NCBI GenBank assembly: GCA_964535655.1
Contig: CAZHTP010000001.1
Coordinates: 98,573-162,572 of the forward strand
Source of the DNA: an uncultured Gammaproteobacteria bacterium
GTDB taxonomy: Bacteria > Patescibacteriota > Microgenomatia > JALYQM01
Reading direction: 5' to 3'
DNA: 64,000 nt
In this document: in pieces, positions 63,595 to 64,000 of the stretch
Numbering within the stretch: position 1 is the stretch's first letter
Layout of the letters: every line of letters starts with the position of its first letter
Notes under the pieces: generated by a model
What the model saw: the letters and a program-made list of their open reading frames with translations, nothing else
Told to the model about the DNA's origin: nothing
Databases searched by the model: none
Translations under genes and position numbers: made by a program

Positions 63595-64000
63595 TTATTT
63601 TTTATCCTTTTTATTGTATGTACCAAATCCACCAGTTACGCTCAGTTCGGCTTTTAACGCCGGGTGTGATTTGTAATTCACCAGTTCGACTAGTTCCGGC
63701 TTGAAATCTTCGAGGGTTTTTACGTTAGGATCAAGTTTAATTGTTGGTAATTCCATCGGCTCTCGTGAAAGTTGCTCTTTTGCTTGTTCGAGATGCGCTT
63801 CATAAATATGGACGTCGCCAAAAGTGTGTATAAATTCACCCGGTTCATATCCTGTAATTTGGGCTAAAATAATGGTAAGTAAAGCGTATGAGGCAATATT
63901 AAATGGAACTCCAAGGAATATATCTGCGCTTCGCTGGTAAAGTTGTAACGAAAGTTTTCCATCGATCTGGTTTATTTGATACATATTATGACAAATAGGG
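63595..64000 (-). CDS. thyA: Thymidylate synthase ThyA, C-terminal part. The N-terminus lies beyond the window edge.
   Basis: [49 protein letters not shown] is the ThyA C-terminal signature. The ORF is open to nt 64000. Confidence 0.88.
   Translation of the reverse strand, partial: PICHNMYQINQIDGKLSLQLYQRSADIFLGVPFNIASYALLTIILAQITGYEPGEFIHTFGDVHIYEAHLEQAKEQLSREPMELPTIKLDPNVKTLEDFKPELVELVNYKSHPALKAELSVTGGFGTYNKKDKK

Noticed and set aside
1-64000. Search for tRNA, rRNA, tmRNA, integrase or transposase genes and for a cobalamin riboswitch.
   Set aside because: No intergenic region shows the GTTCGAATC-type T-arm or a cloverleaf. No integrase or transposase motifs were seen in any ORF. No B12-riboswitch-like conserved core was recognisable upstream of nrdR, nrdJ or cobO. 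Absence is by eye only, and a covariance-model scan would be decisive.

Overview
The window reads as a slice of a small, AT-rich (about 40% GC) bacterial chromosome with streamlined housekeeping genes. These include a short IF-2, a NusA without C-terminal repeats, frequent TTG or leaderless starts, and a DnaJ without a zinc finger. By inference this fits a reduced-genome, possibly CPR/Patescibacteria-like Gram-positive-type organism. Most genes are on the + strand in recognisable operons: (1) a 5'-truncated protein with four tandem PA14 domains followed by a cytoplasmic PAS histidine kinase and a single-domain response regulator; (2) a GC-rich, compositionally foreign secreted-protein gene on the minus strand; (3) an HspR-like MerR regulator divergent from hrcA-grpE-dnaK-dnaJ with a CIRCE-like operator, and a second CIRCE-like site in front of lon; (4) a minimal SUF cluster (SufD-like, SufS, SufU, ferredoxin) followed by a circularly permuted DsbA-like protein; (5) a roughly 13 kb glycosylation locus with five GT4, two GT2, an acetyltransferase, a Wzy_C/O-antigen-ligase-family protein and two GT-C/PMT-like membrane transferases, with pyrH embedded, ending next to a Thr/Pro-rich mucin-like membrane protein; (6) trxB, a polyprenyl synthase and a korAB 2-oxoacid:ferredoxin oxidoreductase; (7) an AT-rich gap with a frameshifted PIN toxin remnant; (8) nusA-ylxR-infB, a catalytically degenerate NrnA/DHH-like protein with a P/Q/Y-rich tail, then rpsO-pnp, a Lon-like AAA+ ATPase lacking the protease domain, and RNase J; (9) ftsK, a rodZ-like gene, a TsaC-TsaE fusion with tsaD; (10) nrdR-nrdJ-cobO with a DUF4430-like putative B12-binding protein and a CvpA-CAP fusion; (11) full-length lon; (12) a minus-strand thyA-(Nudix-like)-folA set. 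I saw no rRNA, tRNA, CRISPR array, transposase or integrase. The most novel-looking items are a roughly 75-nt intergenic element present twice (after trxB and after rnj) with two hairpins preserved by compensatory changes, the candidate protein O-glycosylation locus, the protease-less Lon paralog inside an RNA-decay cluster, and the permuted DsbA. Every identification rests on motif recognition from the translated ORFs; no database search was possible.
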